Part shown: piece by piece, positions 1-13,449 of the stretch
How positions within the stretch are numbered: the stretch's first letter is position 1
Layout: each line of letters starts with the position of its first letter
Assembly: GCA_958009085.1 (NCBI GenBank)
Contig: OY253670.1
Span: 1,550,001-1,614,000 of the forward strand
Direction: 5' to 3'
Source: Protoeuglena noctilucae
Taxonomy: Eukaryota
Length of the DNA stretch: 64,000 bases
Translations under genes and position numbers: made by a program
Notes under the pieces: model-generated
Database searches by the model: none
Seen by the model: only the letters and a program-made list of their open reading frames with translations
What the model was told of the DNA's origin: nothing

Positions 1-66
1 AGTATGCTTTCCATCCTGACGCTCCTCGCGTCTTCCAACTATGTGCCGCTGCTCTGGCTGCTGCAG

Positions 67-2337
67 TCGCCCAGGACCCCGAGGGCTTCCTGCGTTCGAT
101 GCGGGAGAGGGCGCGCACGGCCATGAACGCCGGCATCCAGGCGCGGATCCGCGACAGGCGGCCCAAGTGGCTGCAGAAGGCGAGTGCGGGAGAGACACCT
201 GCGCATCAGCGACCGTGCCCTGCGCATGCGTGGCATCTCCCAGCCCCACGCTTGTCCCCACGCTCCCTGCAGGTGTGGCAGTTCCTCGACGACCCGTCCA
301 GCTCCCTCGGGGCACAGCTCTGGATGGTGTTCATGATCTCCGTCATCGTCTACAGCACCATCACCTTCATGGTCTCCACCCTCCCTTACTACAACAAGGC
401 GAGTCGCTGGCTTTGGCAACCTCCTCACGCATCGCACTCCCACTCCCACCCCCACTCCCAACCCCACTCCCACACAGGAGATGGTCGACAGCCCCTTCGG
501 CCGCTGGTTCGCCATGGAGGCCGTGGCCATCGCCGTCTTCACCTTCGAGATCGCCCTGCGCCTGGCCTCGTGCAAGAGCATCCTGCAGTACTTCTTCCCC
601 CTCGTCCCCGGCGCCGACCCCTCCCAGCAGACCCGGAGCGTCAACCTCATGAACTGGGTCGACATCGTGTCGGTCGTGCCCTTCTACGTCGAACTCGGGT
701 TCCAGCGCAAGAGCTCCGTCCCGGGACTGCAGGCGCGGGGCTGGCGGACGCGATGGCACGTGTGATGGACTGACCATGCGACTGCGACACGCTTGCAATG
801 TGCCAGGCGCTGGTCTCCACCTGTGCCCGTCCACCTATGCCGATATCTACCTGTGACCCCATGTCATGTTCTCATTTTCAGATATCCCCTTCTCTCTCCC
901 CCCCAGGTGCTTCGGGTGCTGCGCCTGGTCCGCGTGTTCCGCCTCTTCCGCGTCAGCCGCTCCTCCATCGAGGTCTTCCGCCGCACCATGGCCGCCAGCT
1001 CCCACCCCATGTCCATGCTCCTCTTCTTCGTCGCCATGGGCGTCGTCATCTTCGCCAGGCGAGCAAGGGGGGGACCTGAGCAGGGGTTTTTGTGACGACA
1101 CAATCCTAGGCACAAGCATGATACTTAGGCGAACCCCGGGCCCGTGTCGATAAGGGTACAAGCATGATGCCTAGGCAAACCCTGCCAGTGCCTTGCGCCT
1201 CGTGCAGCCTGGAGTACTACTGCGAGAGGGGGACGTACGACACGGCGCTGGTGAGGGTGATGTTGAGACAAACAAGAAGGGGCGCAGTGCACTGAGAGGT
1301 CCAGGCCTAGTGAGAGTGAGAGTGAGAGTAGACTTGTTCATTCGTGTTCGCAGAAGATCTGGAAGCGGCCCGTCGGGTTTCATTGCCTCTTTGACGCCGA
1401 AGAGACGGCCTCGGGGGTGGCCATCAACGACGCATGGATCGCCAACAACGCGCCCACGTGCGTCGTCAGCCAGCAGATATCCACGGTGAGCCAGCGCCTG
1501 CCATGCATGCGCACACCGGGGTGCCCCACCCCGAGCACCCGGCAGTGACCACGACCGTACTTGGTGTGCCACCCCCGCGGCTCACCCCAGCCTCATACTG
1601 TCCCTGCCCCTTCCTCAGACGCATGCCGTGCTGGACTGCCTGGTGGAGTACCGCCACGTGCCCTCCCGGTCCCAGAGCGACTGCCTCACCGTGTACCAGG
1701 TGTCGCCCTTTGCGTCCATCCCGGAGTCCTTCTGGTTCACCATCGTCGCACTCATGGCGGTCGGATACGGAGACGTGTACCCGGTCCTGGCGAGTTTCTC
1801 ATTTGCACAATCAGCATTTGCGCTGGGAGCGACAGGCGCGGCTGCGTGACACAGTGAAGAGCTCACCTGCCCCTGCAGTGGTACGGCAAACTCATGGCGT
1901 CGCTGGTCATGATCTTCGGCGTCCTCATCATCGCCCTGCCCATCTCAGGCAAGTGCTGTCACCAGGATGCCCCTCCAGCAATGCTGGCCGCGCCCCTCGC
2001 GACCACAAAGCCGCCCCTTCACCTGCAGTGATTGGGACGACCTTTGCCCGCGAGTACCAGGACATGGTGCTGCAGCGCAAGTTCCAGGGACTCAACGCGG
2101 CGACGCGGGACAAGGTGCTCGAGGACGCGAAGCAGATGGCGGAGTACGAGCAAGACGTGGACGACGAGGTGAGGTGTCGGCGAGACGCGCGCTTCGGGAG
2201 CCTGCGACGGTCGCCCGCGAACGCACGGGGGTCGCGCGTGCCTGCAGGGGCAAGCGGCTCGCAAGGCGCGGATCAAGCTCCTGGCTGACGCCAAGGCCGC
2301 GTCTGGCGGCGTGCCTGGCGCCCGCCCCGAGTCGTGA
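67..2337 (+). CDS. Voltage-gated (Kv/Shaker-like) potassium channel, multi-exon, 5' end outside window
   Basis: Spliced exons give S1 (VWQFLDDPSSSLGAQLWMVFMISVIV), S3 (LMNWVDIVSVVPFYV), S4 (VLRVLRLVRVFRLFR), the pore (FASIPESFWFTIVALMAVGYGDVYP) and S6 (GKLMASLVMIFGVLIIALPISVIG). The last exon, 2248-2337, ends in TGA. Confidence 0.9.
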
Positions 2338-3504
2338 TAGCGCCGGTGCCGCCCTTCGGCTTCGTCATGATGTCGTGCTTTTCGAGCAAGTGCTGGCTGT
2401 GAAGCCTTAGAGACAAGTGGGCGTTTAAGGGTGGCATAATCAGGGCGTGTTGCGTCGCGAAGCCTTCCTGCTGCAACCCCCTTGGGTAGCATTGGAGTGG
2501 GGGCGTGATGGCCGCTGCTGGCGCAACGCTGGCTTGTCGGGTGCCCTGGTGAGCGTGGGAGCTCTCCGCGAGAGGCCTGTCGGCTTGCCATACCGTTACA
2601 GCCCTCGCCAGCGGATCCTGCCCTCGCGGACGCGACGCGCGCTTTCGTTGGCTTGATATATTCCCGCGGTGGGCACCCTGCCGGCCGCGCGGGGTGTCCC
2701 GGGGCTGGACGGCGGTCCGAGTGTTGCCGGCCGTGATTTCTTATCCCCGCGGCTCCCGGCCTCAATCGTCGCCCGCTCCCCTGCTACGACTGATGTTATG
2801 GAGCACGATGGCGTCCTCAGGGGCCCCGCCGGGGCTTCCGCGAGCGTTTCGGGCCGGGGGAGTCAACGTTTGGGCCCCCCCGCGACCCGCCCGCCATCGT
2901 GCCGGCGATTCGGGGTGTGTTTCGGCATCCCGTTCGACGACTTTGACTGTAGTGGAGAGCGAGGGCGCCGCGTGCCCGCGCATCGGCTACCGGCTTCGGC
3001 AAGGATCCCAGACCGAGTACTTGGAAACCGTTTTGCGCGCCCATGGTCTTCCTGCGCGGCAGCCGCGTCGCATGCCGAATGTAGGCTCTCCTCTCGCGCG
3101 TCCCGCGACCTCGCCTCCGTCCCGGGGCGGCACGCGGCGCACCCACGACGTGCAACCTATTGCGTCTGTTCCCGGCCTCGCGCCGTCGCTTGGTCTGATC
3201 TCTTCGCTCGCCTTCGCCACGCAGGGTTAGTAGGGCGGCGGAGGAGTCTTCGAGGAGGGCTCATGGACCCCTGGACGTCGCCGCGGCGCGGGGCGGACCC
3301 CCCAGGTGCAGGCCCGCGCATTGCATTCCTCGGGACGGCGATGAGCAGCCTCCGTCGCCTCTCCCTCCCCGGCGCTGACTTTGTGCATGTCGCATGCTCG
3401 TTTGGGTTCGTTGCCGTCGCCTGGCCCTCCCCCCAGCGTCGAGGCGGCCGCGAGGGCAGAGCCCCAGCAGTTTGAACCCCCTCCGCCCGTCCCCCCGCCC
3501 GCAG

Positions 3505-6500
3505 GCGCCGGCTCCGGCATGTCGCGGCGCGGAGTGTGATGGGCCGCCAGCACTACCTGGCGATGGCCATGGCCATGGAGCGCGGGGCCCAGAAGCAGGT
3601 GCTTTCGGAGGACCACGTGGTGACGACCTTCCGCCTCCGGAGCGACTTCGTCCGCGTCGACGTCGTCAACGCCCAGGACGGGTCTCAGAAGATCGTCGTC
3701 GACACGGATCGCCCCGGGCGTCTCATCCTGCACTGGGGCGTCGTGGGGGGGCCCGAGTACAAGGTGGGGTGCTTGGGGGCGGTGCGAGGGCGCTGGGTGA
3801 GCCATTGCTCGTCGTTTCGCATCAGTGCGCACGTGCCGCTGCCCCGGCTGCCCACGGCTGGCGCCTTGGCCGGGTGCCGATGGCTGGTGTTGCATCAGCC
3901 GTCATGATGCCGCGTGAGAATGTGAGGGTGTCATGAGTGCTTCGAGAGCCCCTGCGCGCGCAGGGAGGGTGGCGCCTGCCCGGCGAGGCGGTGTGGCCCA
4001 AGGGGACGTACAACTACAAGAAGCGCGCCCTGCAGACGCCCTTCGTGGCCGGCCCCCCGGGCGAGCGCCAGTCTGTCACCATCGAGCTGTCGCGGCAGGA
4101 GAACTCCGAGATCCTCAACTTCGTCCTCAAGGACCTCGAGAGGTGAAAGGGGTTGGAGATGGGCTTTCGCACTGAGTTGCACGAGGCTAGCGAGCGGTCT
4201 CTCTTTACACACGGTTGGTGGTGGCAAAGCTCTGTCTATCACACCCACACGATCGCTGGCATCGATCGATCCCTGCCCCCCTGCGTCACTCCTGCTTTCG
4301 ATCTCCCCCCTTGCAGCGAGGAGTGGTTCGACAACAACGGCCAGAACTTTGCCGTGGTCATCGCCCCTGTTGGTGTCGGGCCAGGGACGCTCCTGGAGTC
4401 CCGCGCAGACGACGGGGGCGGGGCGCGGGGCGTGGACGTGGCGGCGGACGTGGGGGGCCTCCCCGCGCTTCCCCAGGAGCTCTGCGGCATCTGGGCGTAC
4501 ATCAAGTGGGAGCAGGCGGGGTGCCCCAACCGGTCGCAGGAGGATGCGGACAAGGAGTACCAGGCGGGGATCAAGGAGATGAACGCCCTGCTGCGCACGG
4601 GGAGGTCCCTGGACTTCCTCTGGCGCGTCGCAAGGGGGGAGGTCAAGTACCGGGACGTGGCCGACGGTGAGGGGAGATGAGTTGTGGCATGTTGCGAGGC
4701 ATGAGTGAGATGCGTGGGTGACCCTGGTGCTGTTCTAATCATGTCGGGATGCATGGGCCACCCTGCCCTGCCAGGGGTTATGGATGGGCGATGGTCAGGT
4801 GGTGGTGAAGGGGTGTGGTGATGGATGGACGGGCCGGTGTGTTTGCGAACAAGCAAGGGGCCAGTGCCTGCTGCGACGTCGCGACCATTGTTGCGACTCA
4901 TCTCCGCTCGCAGAGATCGCCTTCGCGATGAGCGCGGAGGTGACGGGCACCCTGGCGGCCCTGAGCACCGTGGATGCGGAGCGACTGGGCCGGCTGCAGC
5001 GCATGCTGTCGGAGAGGCAGGCGCCGGAGATCCCCCAGGCGAGAGACGGCATGGGACACGAACATGCGAGCCGCTATGTACTTGCTCACCTGCCACGCCT
5101 TCCCTCACCAGTCACGCTCTCGCTTACCTGCCACGCTCAACTGCCACGCTGCCTTGCTGCTTCGCCCAGTCGCCACCCTCTCTCTCTCACCCCCTCTCTC
5201 TCTCTCCGTCTCTCCCACCCTCTCTCTCCCCCCACTCCCAGGACACGGTCAACCGCAACGCCTTCCTCATCTGGTGGCGCTCGGGCCGCCCCATGGGCGC
5301 GGACTTCGGGGACCAGTCGCGGCGCGAGCTGGTGGCGGAGATCCGGGCGGGGCGCGACGTGCGTGGGCTGGTGGAGCAGGTGGACGCGGACTACGTGCGT
5401 GCGTGGGAGGAGCACCAGGCGGCGCAGCGGAGGGCGGAGGAGGAGCGGAGGAAGGCTGAGGAGGCGAGGCGGGTGGAGGAGGAGGCGAGGAGGAGGGAGG
5501 AGCAGGAGAGGAGGAGGGCGGAGGAGGCGAGGAGAGCGGAGGAGGAGGGGCGGCGTGTGCAGGAGGAGGGGCGGAGGAAAGCGGAGGAAGCGAGGAGAGT
5601 AGAGGAGGGGCGCAGGGTGGAGGAGGAGGGGCGCAGGAAGGCAGAGGATGAGAAGCGGAAAGCGGAGGAGGGGACGAGGAAGGCAGAGGATGGGAAGGAG
5701 AAGGAGAAGGAGAAGCGCAGGGGGAGGCGCAAGGCGGAGGCGGCGCCCACGGCCCAGGCGGCCGACGCGACCGTGGAGGATGTGCCCGAGGTGAGAGATG
5801 GGGTGGCTGAGTGTGTGTGTGGGGGGGGGGGGGTTGGGCACAGTAAAGGTGACGGATGGGAGTGACGGAGCATTTCAGCCGGCACCCGGATGTCTTGTGA
5901 CGCGCCTGCGTGAGTGTGCCCACAACCCCCGCTCAGTCCCCTGAGCCACCCCTCTCCCCATGCAGGCCCCTGCTCTCCCCGAGGTCCCCCGCGACGTGGT
6001 CAACCGTAACGCCTTCCTGCTTTGGTTCGAGGGGGGCCGCCCCCAGGGCGCGGACTTCTCTGGCCCCTCCCTGGATCAGCTGCGGGGTCGGCTGGCGGCG
6101 GGGGAGTCTCTGGATGCGGTGACTAAAGAGGTGACGGAGCGTCACAGGCGCGCGAAGGAGCAGCAGGCGGAGGAGCGGAAAGCGCAGGAGGAGAGGGAGA
6201 GGGTGGAGAGGGAGAAGGGGGCCGCGGCAGAGAGGGAGGCGCAGGTGGGTGGGGGATGGGAGGGGGTGGTGGTGGGGGGGGGGCTGAAGGTGTGGTGGTG
6301 TGATGAGAGATGGTTGCATGAGAGGGGTGGGTGGTGGGCACGAGTGGGCATGGCAAGGCACCACCTGTTGAACGTGTCACGGGTACCAATGCCTGCGTGT
6401 CTCATGTCTCACCCCCCTGCCCCGCCCACCTCCCCAGAAGGCCCTCGTGGACTCCCAGCGCGAGGCCCCCGTGCAGTCAGTCGAAGATGTTGGGGGGGGG

Positions 6501-9500
6501 ATGGCCACGGGGAAGAGAGACCCCTTCTCGCTGGTGAGTTGCATCGAGTGGATGCGGATGCGAATGTGTTGTTGCCCTTTCTAGCTGGTGAGTTGCTTCT
6601 GATAGATGCGGATGCGATGCGTGTGTGGGGCATTGAATGGAGGGAACCATTGGGCGCAGTGGGGGGCAAGACTCTGTGCGCTTGTTAACCTTCCATTCCC
6701 CCTCCCCACCCCCACCCTCACCCACTCCCCCTCCCCTCCCCTTTCAGATCAACGAGAGCGTGCCCGAGGACAAGGTCGGCATCCCCCGGCTGTCCCTGGA
6801 GGCGCCCAAGGCCCCGGAGCCCCTGCGGCCGCTGAGCGAGGCCATGGGCGCGGACGAGGAGGTGGTGTGGAAGCGGGTGTACCCGCTGGGGGAGAAGAGC
6901 GGGCTGCTCGTGGGGGTGTACAAGCCGGACGTGGAAGGGGACGGGCCGGGTGAGGGCCGATGCGGGGGGTGGGGGGTGGTGGGTTAGTGACGAGTAGAAA
7001 AGTTGGGCAGTTGTGACTGTTACTGTTAGGGAAGAACGGCGGGGGTGGCGCTGGTGAAATGATGAATGGGTGGTGATTGGAGGCCACTTGCACTGTCGCC
7101 TCTCATGCCTTCCTCCCCCCCTCCCCCCTTCACAGTCCGCGTGCAGATATGGACGGACAACGCCAACGACCTGGTGCTGCACTGGGGCGTGTCGCGGTCG
7201 GGGCGTCGGCGGGAGAGGTGGGCCCTTCCCCCCAAGGGGCGGTGGCCGGAGGGGACGGCGGCGGCGGACGGCAAGTCGGCAGACACCCCCTTCCTCAGCT
7301 GCGGTGAGGGGCGGGTCAGGTGGCATGTGCCGACCCATGCATCCTACCCACTCCATCAAGTGACCCACCGTCACTTTGCAATTCCCACCCCGTCGCCACC
7401 CACCCCCTCACCTCCCCGTGCCCCCCCCCCCCCCCCCCCCCCTCAGATGACAGCGAGTGCATGGTGGAGGTGGGCGGCGCCGTGGTGCCCCTGCAGCGCG
7501 TGACCCTCGAGTTCACCCGGGAAGACGCCCTCGTCGCACTCACGTTCGGTGAGACGAGCATACGTGTGTGGGGGGGTAGGATGTGTGTGACTGTGTGCTG
7601 GCTGTGTACGGCTGGCTGTGCTGGGTGTGTACGGCTGTGGTGGGTGTGTGATGGCTGGCTGTCCTGGGTATGTACGCCTGTGTTGTTCATGCACCAATGT
7701 GCTATACCCAGTCACAACTGTGCCCCTACCCACCACCACCCCATCCACTCCCCCCCCTCCCAGTGCTGCGGTCGGCGGACGGCACGCGGTGGTGGAAGGA
7801 CGGCAGCGGTGACTTCAGCGTGCCGCTGCCATTCAAGGCGGCGGAGGCGGAGATGGGGGCGGCGTCGCCCGACCTGGCGCAGGACAAGGTCGCAATGGTG
7901 AGGAGGGGGAGTTGGGGGTGATAGTGAGTGATGAGATGTATTAGTAGCATTGATGGCGCAGGACAAGGTCGCGATGGTGAGGGGGGGGAGAGGGGGTGAT
8001 AGTGGGGGACAAGGTCGCGATGGTGAGGGGGGGGAGAGGGGGTGATAGTGGGGGACAAGGTCGCGACGGTGAGGGAGTGACAGCAGGGGTGGTGTTGAGG
8101 GGGAGTAGTGGGAATGGTGGTGGGTAGGAAGCGACGATGAGTATCACTGATGGTGAGGGACGAGAGCGGGAGTGGTGGGCGACAGTGCGGTGGCGGTTGA
8201 CGCGCACTCGCATCCACCCCTCAGCATCACCCCTGGCCATCCCCCCCCCTCTCCCCCAGGAGATCGTGGACGCGGAGGGCAGCGACCAGTGGACGCTCAT
8301 GCACCGGTACAACCGCGCCTCCGACCTCATCGAGGGCGTGCTGCAGGGGCGGTATGGCCGGGGGCAGGACCAGGTCGCCAGCGCCATGTCCCGCGTCTTC
8401 ATCTGGCTCAGGCGAGGCTGCGGGGGGATATGCAAGAGACTAGACTTGTCTGTCTATGATAGCCTCGTTTCTCTGCCTCCCTCGCCACCCTTGGTCGCCT
8501 GTTATACCTGACAATGAGTAGCGCTTGTGACCCACTCACTCCCCCACCCCCCCCACCCCAGGTACTCTTCCACGCGCCAGCTGACGTGGCAGCGCCGCTA
8601 CAACACGCAGCCGCGCATCCTCTCCTCGGCCCAAGAGCGCATGACCCGGACCATCATGGCGGCCGTGCGGGACCTGCGGGGCGAGGCGCAGTACTGGGCC
8701 CGGCTGTGTTTGTCCATGGTGGGCCGCGGGGGCGACGGCCAGCGCATCCGCGACGAGATCCTCAACATCATGCACCGCCACCACATCAAGGAGGTGAAGG
8801 GCACGTGGATGGAGGAGTGGCACCAGAAGCTCCACAACAACACCACGCCCGACGACATCCCCATATGCGAGGCGTACATTGCGTTCCTCAAGGGGAACGG
8901 GGACATCGGGGCCTACTGGAGGGTGAGGGGGGATGTTGGGGGTGGGGGGTTGTTGTGCTGGGCGATTGGGGGGGCGGTGTGTGTGTGTGTGGGAGGGAAG
9001 GGGGGTTGCTGTACGTGGCAGGGGCATGGGCCGCACTGATGCAGTGGCACAGCAACCAATGAGGCAGTCCTCCAGCTGCAGTGTCCCCGTGCATCTCACC
9101 CCACCCACCCATCTCTCCCTCTCCCGTCTTCGCTAGTACTAGCAACCCCACCCTGAACCGCACCCCATTTATCCCCCCAGGTGCTGAGCGACGCCGGCCT
9201 CACCCGCCAGCGCCTGGAGAGCTTCGACCGCCCCATCGTGGCAGAGCCGCACTCCTACGCGGACAAGAAGGACGCGCTGATCAGCGACCTCTACGGCTAC
9301 CTGGGCATCCTCAAGGCCTGCCACTCCGGCGCCGATCTCAGCACCAGCATCGCCAACGCGGGCGGGCGCGTGTCGGTGCACGCCAAGGGGCTCCTGGGCT
9401 ACGTGCAGAGCCACCTGCAGTCCCCGCAAGTGCTCAGCCTCGTGGAGGTGAGCGGCGATGCGTGCTTGCTTGCGAGTAGGGAGCGGGGGTGGTGCGATTG

Positions 9501-12500
9501 CAGCAGGAAGCAGGGCAGCAACTGCGGCCCAGCGCAGTGTCGCACCCCTCACCTCACTTACTCACAACCACCACCACCGCCCCCTCTCCCTCTCCACCCC
9601 CCCAGGCTGCCGTGGAGGCCCGCGCGGAGATCCGCGGCGACACCTCCACCGACCGGGAGCTGCTGTACCTGGACCTGGCCCTGCAGGACGTGGTCAGGGC
9701 AGCGGCCGAGCGGGGGGCAGGCGCACGCAACGCGGTGGCGCTGGTGGGCCCGTTGCTGGAGAATCTGTGCCTGTCGTACCACGACAACGAGGAGCTGTGC
9801 TTCTGCCTCAAGGCGTGGCAGGAGCTGCCGGAGAGCATCTCGCGGGGCAGGGGGCGGCCGTCCGAGAACGACGCCCTGCAGGCCATGGCGGTGGTGGACC
9901 GCGTGAGGAGGGCCCTGGCGCACGTGTCGGGTGAGGGAGTGGCGGGAGTGGTGGTGGTGGTGGTGGTCATGGTGGTGATAATGGTAATGGTAGTGGTGGT
10001 GGTGGTGGTGTTCGTAAGCAGAACACTGCCATGTCTGCGCACGGCAGGGCTGTCAATGGGGCTGTTGAGCAGGCATTGTGCGTGGCGAGGGTCACTCATT
10101 TGTCGCATCATCGCTCTGTCCCATCCATCACCCGCAGACGAGACCCAGGCGCGCATCGGAGCCGCCTCCGCCTCCATGGGCCGCGCCTTCGGGTGCGAGA
10201 ACTGGGCCGTGGAGCTCTTTGCTGAGGAGGTCATCCGGGGGGGGCCGGCCTTCGCGGTGTCGCTCGTGCTGGGGTCGGGTGAGGGGGGTGATGGGTGATG
10301 GGATGAGGGAAGCAGTGCTCAAGTGCAGCAGTGCGCCTCTAGCAACCACTGGCCTCACCCCGCCTGCCGCCGTCATGACATGACCGCTCACCTGCTCCGC
10401 TCACGTACATCCCCCCCCCCTCTCCCCCAGTGGAGCCCCAGCTGCGGCAGCAGGCCAAGCTGGGCTCGTGGCAGGTCATCAGTCCCGCGTCGGTGCAGGG
10501 CCGCGTGGTGCAGGCCAAGGGACTCCACGAGGTGCAGGACAAGGCCTTCCCGGAGCCAACCGTGCTGGGTGAGGGACTCACGAGATGGGGTGACTGACAG
10601 CACTGCTGGGTGTCGATTCAATGTCGATCACTTCCAGTGAGACATGAGGTGGGATGGCTGATCGCAACACAGACACCCCAGCAGTGACTGTGGCAGTGCC
10701 CCAGCCATCGACAGCGCTACGGCACCCGCAGTTCCCTGCGCTTAGCTGCCCGTGTTCCACATATGCATTATCCCCCCCTCTCCCCTCCCCCACCCCCAGT
10801 GTGCGAGCGCGTGACGGGGGAGGAGGAGATCCCCGACGGCGTGGTGGCCGTGCTGACGCCCGACGCCCCGGACGTGCTGTCCCACGTGGCGGTGAGGGCC
10901 AGGAACCTCAAGACGCTCTTCGCCACATGCTACGAGAACTCCCCCATGGAGGAGCTGGAGGGGCTGAGCGGCAAGGTGCTGTCGATCAAGACCACGGCGG
11001 CGGGGGACGTGACCTGGGCCGAGGCGGCGGCGGGGGCGGAGGGCAGCGAGGGGGCAGGCCACGGCGAGGGGGAGCGCCCGCGCCACTTAAACCTGAAAGT
11101 CACGATCCCCGAGTGGTGCGGGAAGTGGGCGGTGCCCATGGGTGATTTTAAAGATGGTGTGGTGGGGGCCAAGTCCAAGAACATCGCGCGGCTGAGGGGG
11201 CAGCTGCCGGACTGGGTGCGGCTGCCCAGCAGCGTCACGGGTGAGAGGGAGGGGTGGGGGATAGAGGGGGATGCGGCGGTAGGGTAGCAGCGTGGGAGGG
11301 GTGGAGAGGGGGGTAGCAGCCCCCGCATGCCCACCGCTTTGCTTTGCACTCGGTCCCCATAGATAGATAGATACCCTTGCGTGCCATATCTATTTGAGAC
11401 CATCCCATCTGTCCCCGCAGTGCCCTTCGGCAGCTTCGAGGAGGTCCTGTCACTGCCGGAGAACGCGGACGTGCGGCGCCAGATCGAGGACGCGGCCCAG
11501 ATGGTGGGGCAGGACCCGGCCGCGTGGCTCAAGCAGGTGAGGGGATGGGATGGTGTTGTGACATGAGACATGGAATCATGGCAGTGATCGGAGAGACCTG
11601 CCTGCATTGTGATAATGGAGGGTTGAGTGAATGTTTTTGAGATGCCATCCACCTCCACCATGTTCACACTCCAAGCATCCCTCCCCCCCCCCTCCCAGTG
11701 CCGCGACCTGGCGATGCGCGTCAAGGTCCCCGCCTCCCTGCGCCAGGAGCTGACGTCTCTGCTGGAGTCGAGCGACATGGGCGCCCTGGCTGACACGGAC
11801 GCCCGCTGGGCCGAGGCCGAGGAGGCCCTCAAGCGCGTGTGGGCCTCCAAGTTCAACGAGAGGGCCTGCGTCAGGTGAGGAGATGACTGGGCTTGTTGGT
11901 GTTTGACGAGTGGGCCTACGTCAGGTGAGGGGGTGGCAGTGATTGTATGAGAGTTGCATAGGGAAGGGGTGGGCCTCAAAGTTCAACGAGAGGGCGTACG
12001 TCAGGGGAGACCTGAGGGGGTAGCAGTTGGGATTGTGATGTGAGAGTTGCATTTGCTCAGGGGAGTCACCAATGCTCACATGAGAGTGCCATGTGCATGA
12101 TAGTCACTTACCACAGTTTACCACTCCCGGCCTCTCATGTCCCCACCCCTCCCCACTCCCCCCCCCCCCAGCTGCAAGAAGGTGGGCCTGAACTTCATGG
12201 ACGTGCGCATGGCGGTGCTGGTGCAGCAGGTGGTGGACGCCCAGTACGCGTTCGTGCTGCACACCACCAACCCCAGCACGGGCGACGCGGGGGAGGTCTA
12301 CGCCGAGATGGTGGTCGGCCTGGGGGAGACCCTCGTGTCGGGCATGTACCCCGGGCGGTCGCTGGCCTTCGCGGCCCGCAAAGACGCTTTGGACCAGCCC
12401 CGCGTGCTGTCCTACCCCTCCAAGTCCGTGGGCCTCTTCGTCAGCCGGTCGCTCATCTTCCGCTCGGACTCAAACGGAGAGGACCTCGAGGTGAATGGGG

Positions 12501-13078
12501 GAGAGGGATGGGGTGGTATTGTGTGAGGAATGTTGTGGTGCGATGGCTTGCTGGTGCTCACGTGGACTGTTGGGTGTTAAGCATGCCGGTGCTTACATCC
12601 GACTTCTGATGGTGTTAGGTAGAAGGCCCCTTGTTGTATGGCGCCCCTTGCTGACTTTCATCATCCATGCCGCCCCTCTCTCTGCAGGGCTACGCGGGTG
12701 CCGGTCTCTACGACAGCGTGACCACGCGCCACCAGGAGGAGAGGCGTGTCGATTACTCGGCGGAGAGGCTCAGCCGGGACGCGGAGTTCCGGCGGGAGGT
12801 GCTCAGCCGCGTGTTACAGGTGAGAAGGGGGGAGGGGAGGGGTTGTGGTGGTGATGAGCCGGGTGTTACAGGGGAGGGGGGTTGGGGTGATGGTGATGAT
12901 GATCTACATGGCAGATGTGAGGTGGAGAGTCGAGCTCAGTTGGAACCCCTTTTCCTCCTCCGCCCCCTCTCAGGTCGGCGTGGCGATTGAGAAGGCCCTG
13001 GGGTCGGCGCAGGACGTGGAGGGCGTGGTGGACCAGGGGGGCAACATCACGGTCGTGCAGACGCGGCCGCAGATGTGA
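3505..13078 (+). CDS. GWD1: Alpha-glucan water dikinase (GWD/R1), multi-exon; start uncertain
   Basis: CBM45-like LILHWGV..GGWRLP and LVLHWGV..WALPP segments. Core motifs GRGGDGQRIRDEILNIMHR and WMEEWHQKLHNNTTPDDIPICEAY. Phosphohistidine motif PDVLSHVAVRARN. C-terminal VGAKS, KRVWASKFNERA, FRSDSNGEDLEGYAGAGLYDS and QDVEGV..VQTRPQM-stop (TGA at 13076). Confidence 0.95.
7880..8075 (+). repeat. Intronic tandem repeat derived from exon end plus splice donor (GGACAAGGTCGCRAYGGTGAGG..), 4 copies
   Basis: Copies are visible at ~7882, ~7961, ~8007 and ~8053. Confidence 0.85.
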
Positions 13079-13449
13079 CATCTGGGAGACGCCGCGTGTG
13101 CCTGCGACCCATGTGCATGCATGCAATCTGTGCTTGTCTGTCCATTCCGCGGCGCCCCTTTCGCGACCCTCGCGCACCCTGCACACGCATTACACACCCG
13201 CGCTCGAGCCGACGAGCTTTCGCGGGCGCCAGCCTTTCTGGCAACCATCTGTGAAGTTCCAAAAGTCGATGCAAGCTGCGTTCCGCCGGGCTCCTCATGA
13301 GCGTGCACAGCTCGGGCATTTCCGCGAGCGTCGTCACCAGTCACATCTTTCAAACCAACTACCACGCTCAAAACAGCAGCTTGCGCGGCACAGGAGCGGA
13401 CAGACGGCGCCGATGCCGTCCATCTACCTACACCCTGCATGTCCCTCCC

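Noticed and set aside
2340..3500. Separate gene between the channel and GWD
   Set aside because: No recognisable motifs. It is likely UTR, promoter or an unresolved first exon of GWD.
7880..8075. Repeat-spacer-like pattern (CRISPR?)
   Set aside because: The spacers are not unique, the unit derives from an exon end, the context is a eukaryotic intron, and there are no cas genes.
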